From the NCBI GenBank assembly GCA_020354065.1, contig CP070640.1:720043-757321 (forward strand): a DNA stretch of 37,279 nucleotides, given 5' to 3'. Source of the DNA: Candidatus Bathyarchaeota archaeon (GTDB lineage Archaea > Thermoproteota > Bathyarchaeia > TCS64). The notes under the pieces were generated by a model, which was given only the letters and a program-made list of their open reading frames with translations, ran no database searches and had not been told where the DNA came from. Shown here in pieces: positions 17,952 through 26,233 of the stretch; within the stretch, counting starts at the first letter, position 1, and every line of letters begins with the position of its first letter. Made by a program: the position numbers and the translations under genes.

Positions 17952-18350
17952 TTAAAACGGGAGGAAACGCCTCCAGCCTTTCTTCTTGGGCGTCTCTCCC
18001 GCCTTGGCATCAGCGCCCTTCTCGAGTTCCTTAGCTTTCTTGGCCTCCCTCTTCTGCCTCTCGTCTTCCTCCACGAGCTCCTCTATCATCTGTATGAGCT
18101 TCTCCGAGTTATCATGTTTCTCAAGGATCTGGAACAACTTCTCTCCGCTAATCCCGGCGTTCTCGCCTAAAGCGGGAAGGTAGGGGGACAGCAAGAAACG
18201 CCCCATCTGCGCTCCAAAGTATGTCATGGGCTTCATGGTCTCGATCGTGAGTATTGCGACTACGTCCATCCTGTATTTATGGATCGTCTCGGCGATCTTC
18301 CTGAGTATCTTCTCCTCTTCTTCAGGGGTTAACTCAACGTCCCAGTACAA
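17952..18350 (-). CDS. hypothetical protein with Lys/Glu-rich tail
   Basis: 132-aa ORF with a TTG start. Core TIETMKPMTYFGAQMGRFLLSPYLP, then the charged tail EEDERQKREAKKAKELEK...KKKGW. Confidence 0.6.
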   Translation of the reverse strand: MYWDVELTPEEEEKILRKIAETIHKYRMDVVAILTIETMKPMTYFGAQMGRFLLSPYLPALGENAGISGEKLFQILEKHDNSEKLIQMIEELVEEDERQKREAKKAKELEKGADAKAGETPKKKGWRRFLPF

Positions 18351-18439
18351 GCGTGATTCCCTTTGAGGCTACGTTGCCAAGTATCCCTCTTTTTTGGGAG
18401 ATATAAACTTATTAGGATTCCCTTTTATCCGGCTCGTGT

Positions 18440-18865
18440 CTACTTTGGAGTCAACCTAACCCGGAGGACCAGGTAGGCGCCGGCCAAGCCACCAGCTGCC
18501 AAGGTGACGAGAAGGGCTGTCACCATCCCTAGTGTTGGAGCCGGAGTTGCTGAGAAGGCCAGGAAAAGGGAGAAGACCCAGGAAAGGGCAGCGACCTTGA
18601 GGCCCACCACGAGGTGCTTGGACGACGCCCTCGTGCAGACCAAGTAGGAGGCCGCGGCACCACTCAAGAGATATATGAAGAATGTGGTGACGGCGAGGCC
18701 TCTTTCAGGAACCCTGGAGAAGAACTCGGAGTATGTACCTAGAAGCATTGACCAGATCCGCATGAGACCGACCGCCATTATCGCCCCCGCCGTGTAGTCG
18801 GTCAGGGTAGGGCTCCTCAGCTCCTCACTCAAGGTGTTGTCGATCCCAGACTTACTTCTTTGCAT
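18440..18865 (-). CDS. small membrane protein (4 TM)
   Basis: Hydrophobic 141-aa ORF. The start is uncertain, because an AT box (ttaaattataag) abuts the first ATG, so Met30 (18778) is possible. Confidence 0.55.
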   Translation of the reverse strand: MQRSKSGIDNTLSEELRSPTLTDYTAGAIMAVGLMRIWSMLLGTYSEFFSRVPERGLAVTTFFIYLLSGAAASYLVCTRASSKHLVVGLKVAALSWVFSLFLAFSATPAPTLGMVTALLVTLAAGGLAGAYLVLRVRLTPK

Positions 18866-19012
18866 TACTTATAATTTAACATGGACTGTGACAAATTAGG
18901 TTTTCACAGTGTTCCTGAATGAGGCGATAAAGTTGAGACCATGCCTCCCCCTGGAGAGCCCGTCAAGGGTAGACGCCATCTTGGCCAGGAGCCCGGAACA
19001 TATCTCCTCTCT

Positions 19013-19740
19013 CTAGGACGCTCTCAAGGGTTTCCTCGCCCTGATGCATATGAACCCTGGCTCCTTTGTCAGCCTCTCGTAGTCCTCGGGCTCCCTCTCC
19101 TTGAACTCCGGAGTCGGTTTGGGCTCAAGGATCCTCTCCACTAGGAACCCGGCCTCGGAGAAGGGCTCGATCATCGCCTCCAGGGGTCTCCTGTACGAGG
19201 GCATGAGCACGGGCACCCCAAAGCCCCGCCACATCAGCTCTACCCTCTCGGTTCTAAAGTAGTCCTCGACACCGTGCGAACGGGCATCGGTGAAGGGATG
19301 ACCCACGCTGAAAACGAATACCCCGCCCCCCACCAGGACGCGGTGGAACTCCCTGAAGATTGGAACCCACTCCTCGACGTAGTCCATCACCAGGGACGCC
19401 AGCACGAGGTCCAGGGAGGCATCCTCGATGAAGCTTAAGGGCTTGCGTAGGTCGAACATGCGGACATCCACCGAGCCCCCAAGCCTCCCCTTGGCCAGCT
19501 CCACCATCCTCTGGCTCGCGTCCACCGCTATAACCTTGGCCCCGTGCTCGAACAGCCACTCCGAGTAGACCCCGGGACCGTAGCCGGCGTCGAGGACGCG
19601 CCTCCCCCTCACTTCGGCAGGAGCGAGAGGGTCGCCGGCCTCTCCAGGTAGGCGTTGTGGGGCTTGGTGTCTATCATCTCCGCGTAAGCGTCCGCGAGCC
19701 TATCGTAGGCGTCGTAGGCGATGGGTTTGTCCTTCCTCAA
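19013..19740 (-). pseudogene. class I SAM-dependent methyltransferase interrupted by a 1-nt frameshift
   Basis: ORF 19013..19612 begins right at the SAM motif (RRVLDAGYGPG). A separate frame (19609..19740, TTG start) encodes the expected N-terminus, MRKDKPIAYDAYDRLADAYAEMIDTKPHNAYLERPATLSLLPK*. The frames meet at ctgccgaagtgaggggg. Confidence 0.7.
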
Positions 19741-19806
19741 AGAAACTCCCGGTTATACATATCCTCAGGGGGGTAAGATAAATAATCCTTCCAATCATTC
19801 AACCGG

Positions 19807-21075
19807 CTACGGCTTCATCGCTTGAGTCTTCCTAGCCCCTTCCTCCTCTAGGTTCATGATGGTAGGCACGAAAAAGGCGACTACCCCCATCAGGCTGAAG
19901 ACGACCCCCCCGGCGATGAACCAGATCCTCTCGCCGAGCAGCTCAGCCACCGGCCCCGCGATGGAGAGCCCAAGGGGAGACATGCCCGAGCTCAGGGCCA
20001 TTAGAAGGGTGAAGACCCTCCCCTGGATCTCGGGGGGAACGATAGCCTGCATCATGGCGAAGAAGGTCCCGTTGGCTATCGCGTTCGTGAAGGCGAAAGT
20101 GAAGATGAAGCCGACGGCGAGGAGGAACAGGTAGGCGGGAGTGAATCCAACCGCGGCGACGAAGACGCCCGCAATTATAACCATCGTGAACGCGGTGACG
20201 GCCTGCCGTTTGAAGCCCCCCCAGACCCCGAGGGTGAGGCCGCCTAGGATCATGCCGATGCCGCTGGCTGACTGCATCCAGGCCAGTTGAAGGGCCCCGC
20301 CCCCGAAGTGCTCCGTGACCAGAATCGGGAGTAGGGAGAATGCGGGTGTAATCAGCAGGTTGATCACCATGGAAAGGGTCATGACGTACCTGAGGCCCCT
20401 CCAATCCCAGACGTAGCGGCCCCCCTCCCGCATGTCGTCCAGCACGGAGCGCCAGCCCCCTGCCAATGCTCTCCTGACTGGTTGGGGGATCGGGATGACG
20501 AAGAGAGGGATGATCGCGAGGACCGCTGTGGCGATATCGATGTAGAGAATGTTCTGGATCGGCATGAGGCTAAGGAGCAGGGCTCCCAATGGAGGAGCGA
20601 AGATGTTCGCGAGGCCTTGGAGGGATTGGTTCAGCCCCGCGACTCTGGAGAGGTGCTCCTGGGGCACCATGAGGGAGGTTGTTGCCTGCATCGTGGGCCA
20701 GTGGAAGGCCCCCCCGACGGAGCGGAGGAACATCGCCGCGTAGATGTGCCAGATCTGCACCACCCCCGTCGCGTAGAGCAGGGCCAGGATGACGATGATC
20801 AACGCGAGGATGCTGTCGGCCACGATCATCACCAGCCGCCGGTTCCACCGGTCGACCAGGGTCCCTGCGAAGGGGCTAATAAAGACCTGGGGGAGGAGGG
20901 CCATTATCGAGGCCAGGGCGAGCACCGAGGGCGAGCCTGACTCGCTGGTGAGCCACCAGACGATGGCGAACTGGACCAGCCGGCTGCCGAAGAGGGAGAA
21001 GGCCTGCCCGGTGAAGATGACGGAGAACCTTGTCATTGATCTCGGTGGTTGGATGTCGCTGGAGTGGATGCTCAT
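19807..21075 (-). CDS. MFS transporter (EntS/DUF894-like)
   Basis: FSVIFTGQAFSLFGSRLVQFAIVWWL and DRWNRRLVM motifs, about 12 TM helices. I chose ATG 21075, because the longer ORF to 21417 overlaps the CapA gene with an Arg/Gly-rich extension. Confidence 0.8.
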   Translation of the reverse strand: MSIHSSDIQPPRSMTRFSVIFTGQAFSLFGSRLVQFAIVWWLTSESGSPSVLALASIMALLPQVFISPFAGTLVDRWNRRLVMIVADSILALIIVILALLYATGVVQIWHIYAAMFLRSVGGAFHWPTMQATTSLMVPQEHLSRVAGLNQSLQGLANIFAPPLGALLLSLMPIQNILYIDIATAVLAIIPLFVIPIPQPVRRALAGGWRSVLDDMREGGRYVWDWRGLRYVMTLSMVINLLITPAFSLLPILVTEHFGGGALQLAWMQSASGIGMILGGLTLGVWGGFKRQAVTAFTMVIIAGVFVAAVGFTPAYLFLLAVGFIFTFAFTNAIANGTFFAMMQAIVPPEIQGRVFTLLMALSSGMSPLGLSIAGPVAELLGERIWFIAGGVVFSLMGVVAFFVPTIMNLEEEGARKTQAMKP

Positions 21076-21167
21076 GATGGTATCAGTGGACTGAAGGGCG
21101 TCTGAAGAACGTTGCGTTAATTCCTCTGTACCGGGCTTAGAAGACCAACAGAGAAAATATGGGGAAA

Positions 21168-22469
21168 TTAGAGTTCTATGTTGCCGACACCCTTCTCGAT
21201 GGCGATCTCGGTGCCGTAGGGCTCTGAGAGCTTCTTCATGATGCCCACGATCTCGGCGCCCTCCTCCTCGCCCACGAATGTGGGCCTCCCCCTCTGGCTC
21301 CGGGGCTTGTCCTGGCCGAGCTCCACCGGGTAGAGCTTCAGTCTGCTTAGGCGGTCCCCTTGGAACTCCATGAAGGGGATTACGCTGATCCAGTACTTCT
21401 TCTCCTTGGTGAACCACTTGTACTCTGGCCTGCCGGGCCTGGGTGGAGCCTCTTGCCTCGCGTCGTAGGCGTCGGATGGGGCCCCGCTGTAGGGGTCGAG
21501 ATTGTGCCTCGCGTAGAAGTCGGCGGGCATCTTGTAGACGGTCTCGTTCTGGAAGATGAAGTCCCCGAGGCCGTAGAAGATGGGCCTCCCCTCCCGGATC
21601 TCGATGCCCCGCATCGCGTGGTGGCCGTGGCCGATGACTGCGTGGGCGCCGGCGTTGATGGCGGCCTGGGCGAAAGTCTCGATGAACTCCGCGGGCCTAT
21701 CCCGGTCGTGGAGAAGCCCCTCGTGGGCGTGGAGGCTGAAGAGAACCCAGTCTGCCTGGCGGGCGGCCTCCCGGATCGACTCCAGGTTGCCGTCCATGTC
21801 AGACTTGTTGGGTTTGGTGTGCCAGCCGATCTCCTCACCGACCACAAACTTTGTCCTCATGAAGTAGTAGGCGTCCTCGGGCTGGACTACCTCGGGGAGG
21901 TCGAGCTCCTCCTCAAGCGACTTCAATCTGTCCATGGTCTCCTTCCTGATGGTCCACCAGCTCTCGTACCTCAGCGGGTTGAGGCCTGGCCTGCCGTGCA
22001 TGTCCCTGCGGGCGTCCCCGGCCCGTCCGAAGGATGCGAAGGAGGAGGCCGCGGCGATGAGGGCCACCCTGCCCTTCGGAGTCTCCAGGTAGGCTGGGGC
22101 ACGAGCCTCAGCCAGGTCCTTGCCTGTGCCAGCGTGGGGGACACCGGCCGCCTCAAGGTAGGCCTTGGTGCTGAAGAGGCCCTCGTAGAGGTAATCGAGG
22201 CTGTGGTTGTTGGCCGTGGAGACGATGTCGTAGCCCATCCACTTGAGCTCCTCGATGATGTCTGGGGGGGCCCGGGTGTAGGTTCCTCCGGACTCGGCCG
22301 AGGGCCAGCAGTCCTCCTCGTAGTCGTGGAGGAGCATCTCGTGGTTGGTGAAGGCGATGTCCGCGCTCCTGATCAGGTCGACCATCTCCAGGAACTCGGG
22401 CTCGGAGTGGACGCTCTGCTTCATGGTGATGAGGGAGTCGCCTGTGGCCACAAGGCTGATCTCTTTCAT
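21168..22469 (-). CDS. capA: CapA/PGA_cap family metallophosphatase-fold protein
   Basis: VATGDSLI, ANNHSLDY and GAHAVIGHGHHAMRG motifs, typical of the poly-gamma-glutamate CapA family. Confidence 0.8.
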   Translation of the reverse strand: MKEISLVATGDSLITMKQSVHSEPEFLEMVDLIRSADIAFTNHEMLLHDYEEDCWPSAESGGTYTRAPPDIIEELKWMGYDIVSTANNHSLDYLYEGLFSTKAYLEAAGVPHAGTGKDLAEARAPAYLETPKGRVALIAAASSFASFGRAGDARRDMHGRPGLNPLRYESWWTIRKETMDRLKSLEEELDLPEVVQPEDAYYFMRTKFVVGEEIGWHTKPNKSDMDGNLESIREAARQADWVLFSLHAHEGLLHDRDRPAEFIETFAQAAINAGAHAVIGHGHHAMRGIEIREGRPIFYGLGDFIFQNETVYKMPADFYARHNLDPYSGAPSDAYDARQEAPPRPGRPEYKWFTKEKKYWISVIPFMEFQGDRLSRLKLYPVELGQDKPRSQRGRPTFVGEEEGAEIVGIMKKLSEPYGTEIAIEKGVGNIEL

Positions 22470-22660
22470 CTCTCACACATCGGGTGATCTTGGGGGCTGA
22501 CTGGATAAAACTTGTTCGAGGGGCATAAGGTCTCATGGTCTCCTTGATCCCGGGTCGATCAAAAATTCCCTCACCGGGCTGCTGCGAACTCCTGTTAGAC
22601 CAAAAGTGACTAGGAGAAACGCGATCCAACACGTCGGGGGCATGGTTTATCTGAGGCGGT

Positions 22661-22891
22661 ATGACGTTGATTCTGAGCTGGCAACTGAGATTGAAGGAAC
22701 TGGTGCTGACCGAGGGAAGCCTCCGAACTTATGAGAACTTCGGGATCGAGGTCAGGTGCAGGCTGTGCGGGAAGAAGTTCAAGGTCGGAGACAGAGTGAT
22801 CAAGACGCGGGTCCGGGCAGGTCATGAGGAGAACCCCTTCTACTGCGTGGACCACTTCTACTCCGAGAGCAAACCCACGGAGAGGCGTTAG
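22661..22891 (+). CDS. small zinc-ribbon-like protein
   Basis: CRLCGKKF...YCVDH (CxxC...CxxH). The true start may be the in-frame TTG 22691 or GTG 22703, because the AT box ggtttatctg lies only 8 nt before the ATG. Confidence 0.45.
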   Translation: MTLILSWQLRLKELVLTEGSLRTYENFGIEVRCRLCGKKFKVGDRVIKTRVRAGHEENPFYCVDHFYSESKPTERR

Positions 22892-22966
22892 CACCTGACC
22901 CCAAACGTACTGCGGCCATTGAATGCGAAAAGCTAGTCCTCAGCAGATTCGCCTTGGATGCTCTAT

Positions 22967-23395
22967 CTATGGGATGCCTCCGAAGAATCTATGGGTGACA
23001 TAGGCAGGAAATCCCCAGGCGATGAACCAGTAGAAGGGGGAGACCACGAGAGCGGCAAAGACTCCTGGGATGACTCGTAGGGCCGTGAGAGCCAGCACCC
23101 AGTCAGGCCTCATGAAGGCGGACTCGAAGGCGAAGGCCAAGACCGTGGATAGGGCTCCCATCTCCAAGGTCCTGTAGCTCCCGGCGATGAAGACGGCGCT
23201 GCCGGCCAGGCTAAAGAGAACGTTGAAAAAGACGAGGCCCCTGAGCTGGTGAGTGTAGTAGTGGCCCCAGCCGCGCTCTGCGACGAGGGCGGCCTTCTCG
23301 GGGGTGGGGACTGTTATCTCCATTGTGAGATTGGTGGCCAGGGAGGCGACTAGGAAGATGGTGAACACCTTGGCGAGCCTTGTAAGCCTTTTCAC
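22967..23395 (-). CDS. membrane protein (4 TM), unknown function
   Basis: GTG 23395 gives the N-terminus KRLTRLAKVFTIFLVASLA, with ctttatcc 22 nt upstream. The ORF track opens at TTG 23491 with a polar, unlikely extension. Confidence 0.55.
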   Translation of the reverse strand: MKRLTRLAKVFTIFLVASLATNLTMEITVPTPEKAALVAERGWGHYYTHQLRGLVFFNVLFSLAGSAVFIAGSYRTLEMGALSTVLAFAFESAFMRPDWVLALTALRVIPGVFAALVVSPFYWFIAWGFPAYVTHRFFGGIP

Positions 23396-23516
23396 GTCCT
23401 GTCGTCCCGCTCTTGGTGGATAAAGCTTAGGGCTCTGCTTGTGCGGGTTTTGCGTTAGAGAGGGTTGATGGCGTGAGGAGAACCTACTCAACCCAGGGTT
23501 TTTAGGGGCTGTCCGC

Positions 23517-23530
23517 TTTTTTCCAAAAAA
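23517..23530. terminator. T6-CC-A6 bidirectional T-tract
   Basis: gcttttttccaaaaaagg. More A runs follow on the plus strand (T runs on the minus strand), downstream of the minus-strand small ORF. Confidence 0.3.
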
Positions 23531-23617
23531 GGGTAAAAATTCTGAAATTGGGGAAAAAAGCCTATATTTCTCTGAAGACGGATAATCGTTACTGAATTTG
23601 TTAGAGAAGCCTTATAT

Positions 23618-23878
23618 CTAAATTATATTACGTAATAGCCTAGGAAACAGGTGATAGACGTGAAGAAGAGAGCTATCGGGTACTTCCTCTCGGCCGCTTC
23701 CGTGTATCTTGCGATCAACTATCTGGTCCAGGCGTTCCTCCAGCTGCTCAGCAACTTCTCTGTCGCAGTGATATAGAGCCGCCTTCAGGGGTACAAAAAT
23801 GGCAACTGAAAGATACCGCTTCGTCGAGGACATCCTTAGGCACAAGATAAATCTCACTTTCCAATCAATAGAGAGCAT
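23618..23878 (-). CDS. questionable small ORF in AT-rich gap
   Basis: 86 aa with GC3 near 48% by my count, against much higher values in neighbouring genes. It overlaps ORF 23799..23996. T runs follow its 3' end. Confidence 0.2.
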   Translation of the reverse strand: MLSIDWKVRFILCLRMSSTKRYLSVAIFVPLKAALYHCDREVAEQLEERLDQIVDRKIHGSGREEVPDSSLLHVYHLFPRLLRNII

Positions 23879-23996
23879 ACGGGAGTTTCAAGCGAACAAT
23901 TGCCATCAGAACAATGACCTTCTGTCGGACTACAGAAACGGAACTAGAGATTTCTGGATCTCGAGAGCCCAGCTCCTGAATCTTCGAACAAAATAG
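23799..23996 (+). CDS. questionable small ORF (65 aa) in AT-rich gap
   Basis: ATG preceded by gatatagag 22 nt upstream. Helical-looking sequence MATERYRFVEDILRHKINLTFQSIESIREF. GC3 is about 55%. Confidence 0.3.
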   Translation: MATERYRFVEDILRHKINLTFQSIESIREFQANNCHQNNDLLSDYRNGTRDFWISRAQLLNLRTK

Positions 23997-24239
23997 CCCG
24001 CCCCCAAAATCCTCTTCATCGCGTCTCACCTGTTCCTATGGTTGTCCGCCGCGCTCATGGCTGGACCCATTCGTTTCCCAGCCTCTCTCCTATCCGCGCT
24101 CGGCGGCAACAACCCAATTCTGGTCGCAACGATACCTGCTCCTACGATCCGGTGAACAACAAAGGCATCGAGGCTCTGGCTGGTTCAATATCTCAGTCCA
24201 GAAGACTCATAGAGGCGCGACAACTGGAATCACCAGACG

Positions 24240-24247
24240 TATATAAC
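24240..24247 (+). promoter_or_regulatory. TATA box candidate for the C_GCAxxG_C_C gene
   Basis: tatataac lies 34 nt upstream of ATG 24281. Confidence 0.45.
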
Positions 24248-24280
24248 AGGATGTCAAGATTTTTGAGGGAAAACGCGACA

Positions 24281-24757
24281 ATGGGGGATAATGCGGGAAT
24301 GTTGTCCAGAGAAGATACAATACGCTTGGCGGCGGGCTACACAGATCGGGGGTTCCTCTGCTCTGAATCTGTCCTGCTGGCGTTGAGCGATTGCCTGGAT
24401 ATCTCGAGCGACGTCATTCCCAGGATCGCCACCGGCTTCGGGGCGGGTGTGGGCCGCTCCGGGGAGATCTGCGGCGCTCTGGCCGGCGCCGTGATGGGCC
24501 TGGGATTAAAGTACGGGAGGGACGAGGTTGGGGAGGAGGAGCATGGTCCGGGGAGATACTGGTACTCGACCGAGATCCTGAAAAGGTTCAGGGCCGAGCA
24601 CGGCGACGTACGATGCAAGAACCTCTTAGACCTTGATCTCTCGCGTGCAGAAGACAAGTTGGAGTACGATAATAGAAGGCTGTGGGAGACGGTGTGTCGC
24701 GAGTTCATCGTGGAGGCAACTGGGTTGGCGTATGATATTCTCGCGAGGGAGGTCTAG
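24281..24757 (+). CDS. C_GCAxxG_C_C family protein
   Basis: GFLCSESVLLAL, GEICGALAGAVMGLG and CKNL match the family's C...GCAxxG...C pattern. The ORF track starts at 24038, but the TATA box position argues for 24281 (or 24299). Confidence 0.8.
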   Translation: MGDNAGMLSREDTIRLAAGYTDRGFLCSESVLLALSDCLDISSDVIPRIATGFGAGVGRSGEICGALAGAVMGLGLKYGRDEVGEEEHGPGRYWYSTEILKRFRAEHGDVRCKNLLDLDLSRAEDKLEYDNRRLWETVCREFIVEATGLAYDILAREV

Positions 24758-24784
24758 CTCCCAGTAGGGTTTGGGGACTCGAAA

Positions 24785-24791
24785 TTTTTTT
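24785..24791 (+). terminator. oligo-T tract (T7)
   Basis: gaaatttttttaac lies 28 nt after the stop at 24757. Confidence 0.45.
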
Positions 24792-24819
24792 AACACAGCC
24801 TCAAGCTAAACAACGCGGG

Positions 24820-24942
24820 ATGAAACCAATCGACCTTCTCATCGGGATCCTCGGGGTCTATTTCCTCTGGGCGGGGAAGCTTGTGGACTTCCTCATCATC
24901 ATCATAGTCTGGCTCCTTACGCTTCTGATCCCCTGGGACTAG
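24820..24942 (+). CDS. possible 40-aa two-TM micro-protein
   Basis: Not in the ORF track because it is under 60 aa. MKPIDLLIGILGVYFLWAGKLVDFLIIIIVWLLTLLIPWD, with GC3-rich codons. Confidence 0.3.
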   Translation: MKPIDLLIGILGVYFLWAGKLVDFLIIIIVWLLTLLIPWD

Positions 24943-25094
24943 TTCCCTATTAGAAGAGTTCTATCAGAGCCTCTTGCAAGAATTTCTAAGATGGTGGACA
25001 AGACCCGCAGGGGCATTTGTGGTGCGATCGACCGGAAAGATTGTTATTAGGCTCATTATGAGTCATGCCGCTCCACCAATACCCTTTTTTGGAG

Positions 25095-26114
25095 ATGAGT
25101 ACGAAGGTTCCAAACATGGCTTGGCTGGACATGCTCAAGGCCTATCCCATCGACTGGCTGATGGAGGATGAGAATCCAAGCGTCCGGTTTTGGGCGCTAC
25201 AAGACTTCTTAGATAAGGACCCCGCGGACCATGAGATCCAAGCTGCTCAGCACGCCATTATGGAGTCGACCGCGGTCAAAACGATCCTCGGGGCCCAGAG
25301 CCCTGAGGGTCACTGGGTCGACCCGGAGAACATGTACAACCCCAAGTACAGGGCCACCACCCACTCCCTCCTCATCCTGGCCGAGCTAGGGGCAAGGCGG
25401 ATCCCTGCAATCGAGCGGGGGATCGAGCACCTGTTCGGGTTCCAGCGGGACTCGGGGCACTTCTTAGTGGACCTCCCCAAAACCCCGAGGGGTCGCGCGA
25501 GCTCCGTGAAGGACGGTTGCTGCCTGGACGGGAACATCCTCTACTACCTCAACCACTTCGGCTACCTCGACGATCCTAGAACCCAGCGACTCATCCGGTT
25601 CCAGGTGGAGACCTACTCAAGAGAGGATGTAGGGTGGCGCTGCCGCGCCTACCCGATCAACCCTGACGGAGTCTTCCCTGTCAACTGTTACATGGGAGCT
25701 GTAAAGGTTCTCAGAGCCCTCTCGACCATCCCCGAGGAGCACCGCATTGCCGAGTTGGGGGCGATCATCGAGCGGGAGGCCGAGAACGTCCTCCAAAACG
25801 GCATCTACAGGTACCTCAGGAACCCCGACGGCACCAGGAAGGACAAGGCGGGATGGAAGAGGTTTGGCTTCCCCCTGTTCTACCAATCTGACGCCCTCGA
25901 GGTCCTCGACACCTTAACGAGGTTGAAGATAAGGGACCCGCGCATGCAGGACGCCGTGGACCTCGTCAGGAACGAACAGAGACCTGACGGCAGGTGGCTT
26001 CTCAAGAATTCCTACAACGGGAAGATGTGGATCGATATCGATGCGAAGAATGAGCCCTCGAAGTGGATCACCCTCCGGGCCCTCAGGGTTCTCAGAAGAT
26101 ACTATGGTGAATAG
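25095..26114 (+). CDS. alpha/alpha-toroid (prenyltransferase/terpene-cyclase-like repeat) protein, function unknown
   Basis: Repeated G-W motifs (SPEGHWVD, RPDGRWLL, DSGHF) typical of prenyltransferase/squalene-oxidase repeats. The start is either 25095 or 25116. Confidence 0.6.
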   Translation: MSTKVPNMAWLDMLKAYPIDWLMEDENPSVRFWALQDFLDKDPADHEIQAAQHAIMESTAVKTILGAQSPEGHWVDPENMYNPKYRATTHSLLILAELGARRIPAIERGIEHLFGFQRDSGHFLVDLPKTPRGRASSVKDGCCLDGNILYYLNHFGYLDDPRTQRLIRFQVETYSREDVGWRCRAYPINPDGVFPVNCYMGAVKVLRALSTIPEEHRIAELGAIIEREAENVLQNGIYRYLRNPDGTRKDKAGWKRFGFPLFYQSDALEVLDTLTRLKIRDPRMQDAVDLVRNEQRPDGRWLLKNSYNGKMWIDIDAKNEPSKWITLRALRVLRRYYGE

Positions 26115-26233
26115 CCCACGCTACTTTAGAAGCCGAGTATTAAACCATCAGCGTTGTTGAATGGAGAACCTTATACTGTAAAACACCCGCCACCGCAGAA
26201 ATCTTATACCCCCAACCGCCCCAACTCCAAAGC

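Noticed and set aside
19600-19620. Programmed ribosomal frameshift in the methyltransferase.
   Set aside because: There is no slippery heptamer or downstream structure, and the enzyme class has no precedent for recoding. A simple 1-nt indel explains it.
21076-21417. N-terminal 114-codon extension of the MFS ORF 19807..21417.
   Set aside because: It overlaps the 3' end of the CapA gene, is Arg/Gly/His-rich, and the typical MFS N-terminus begins at ATG 21075.
24038-24280. Long N-terminal extension of the C_GCAxxG_C_C ORF.
   Set aside because: The extension is polar and Arg-rich with poor codon bias. A strong tatataac box sits inside it at 24240, so the start was moved to 24281.
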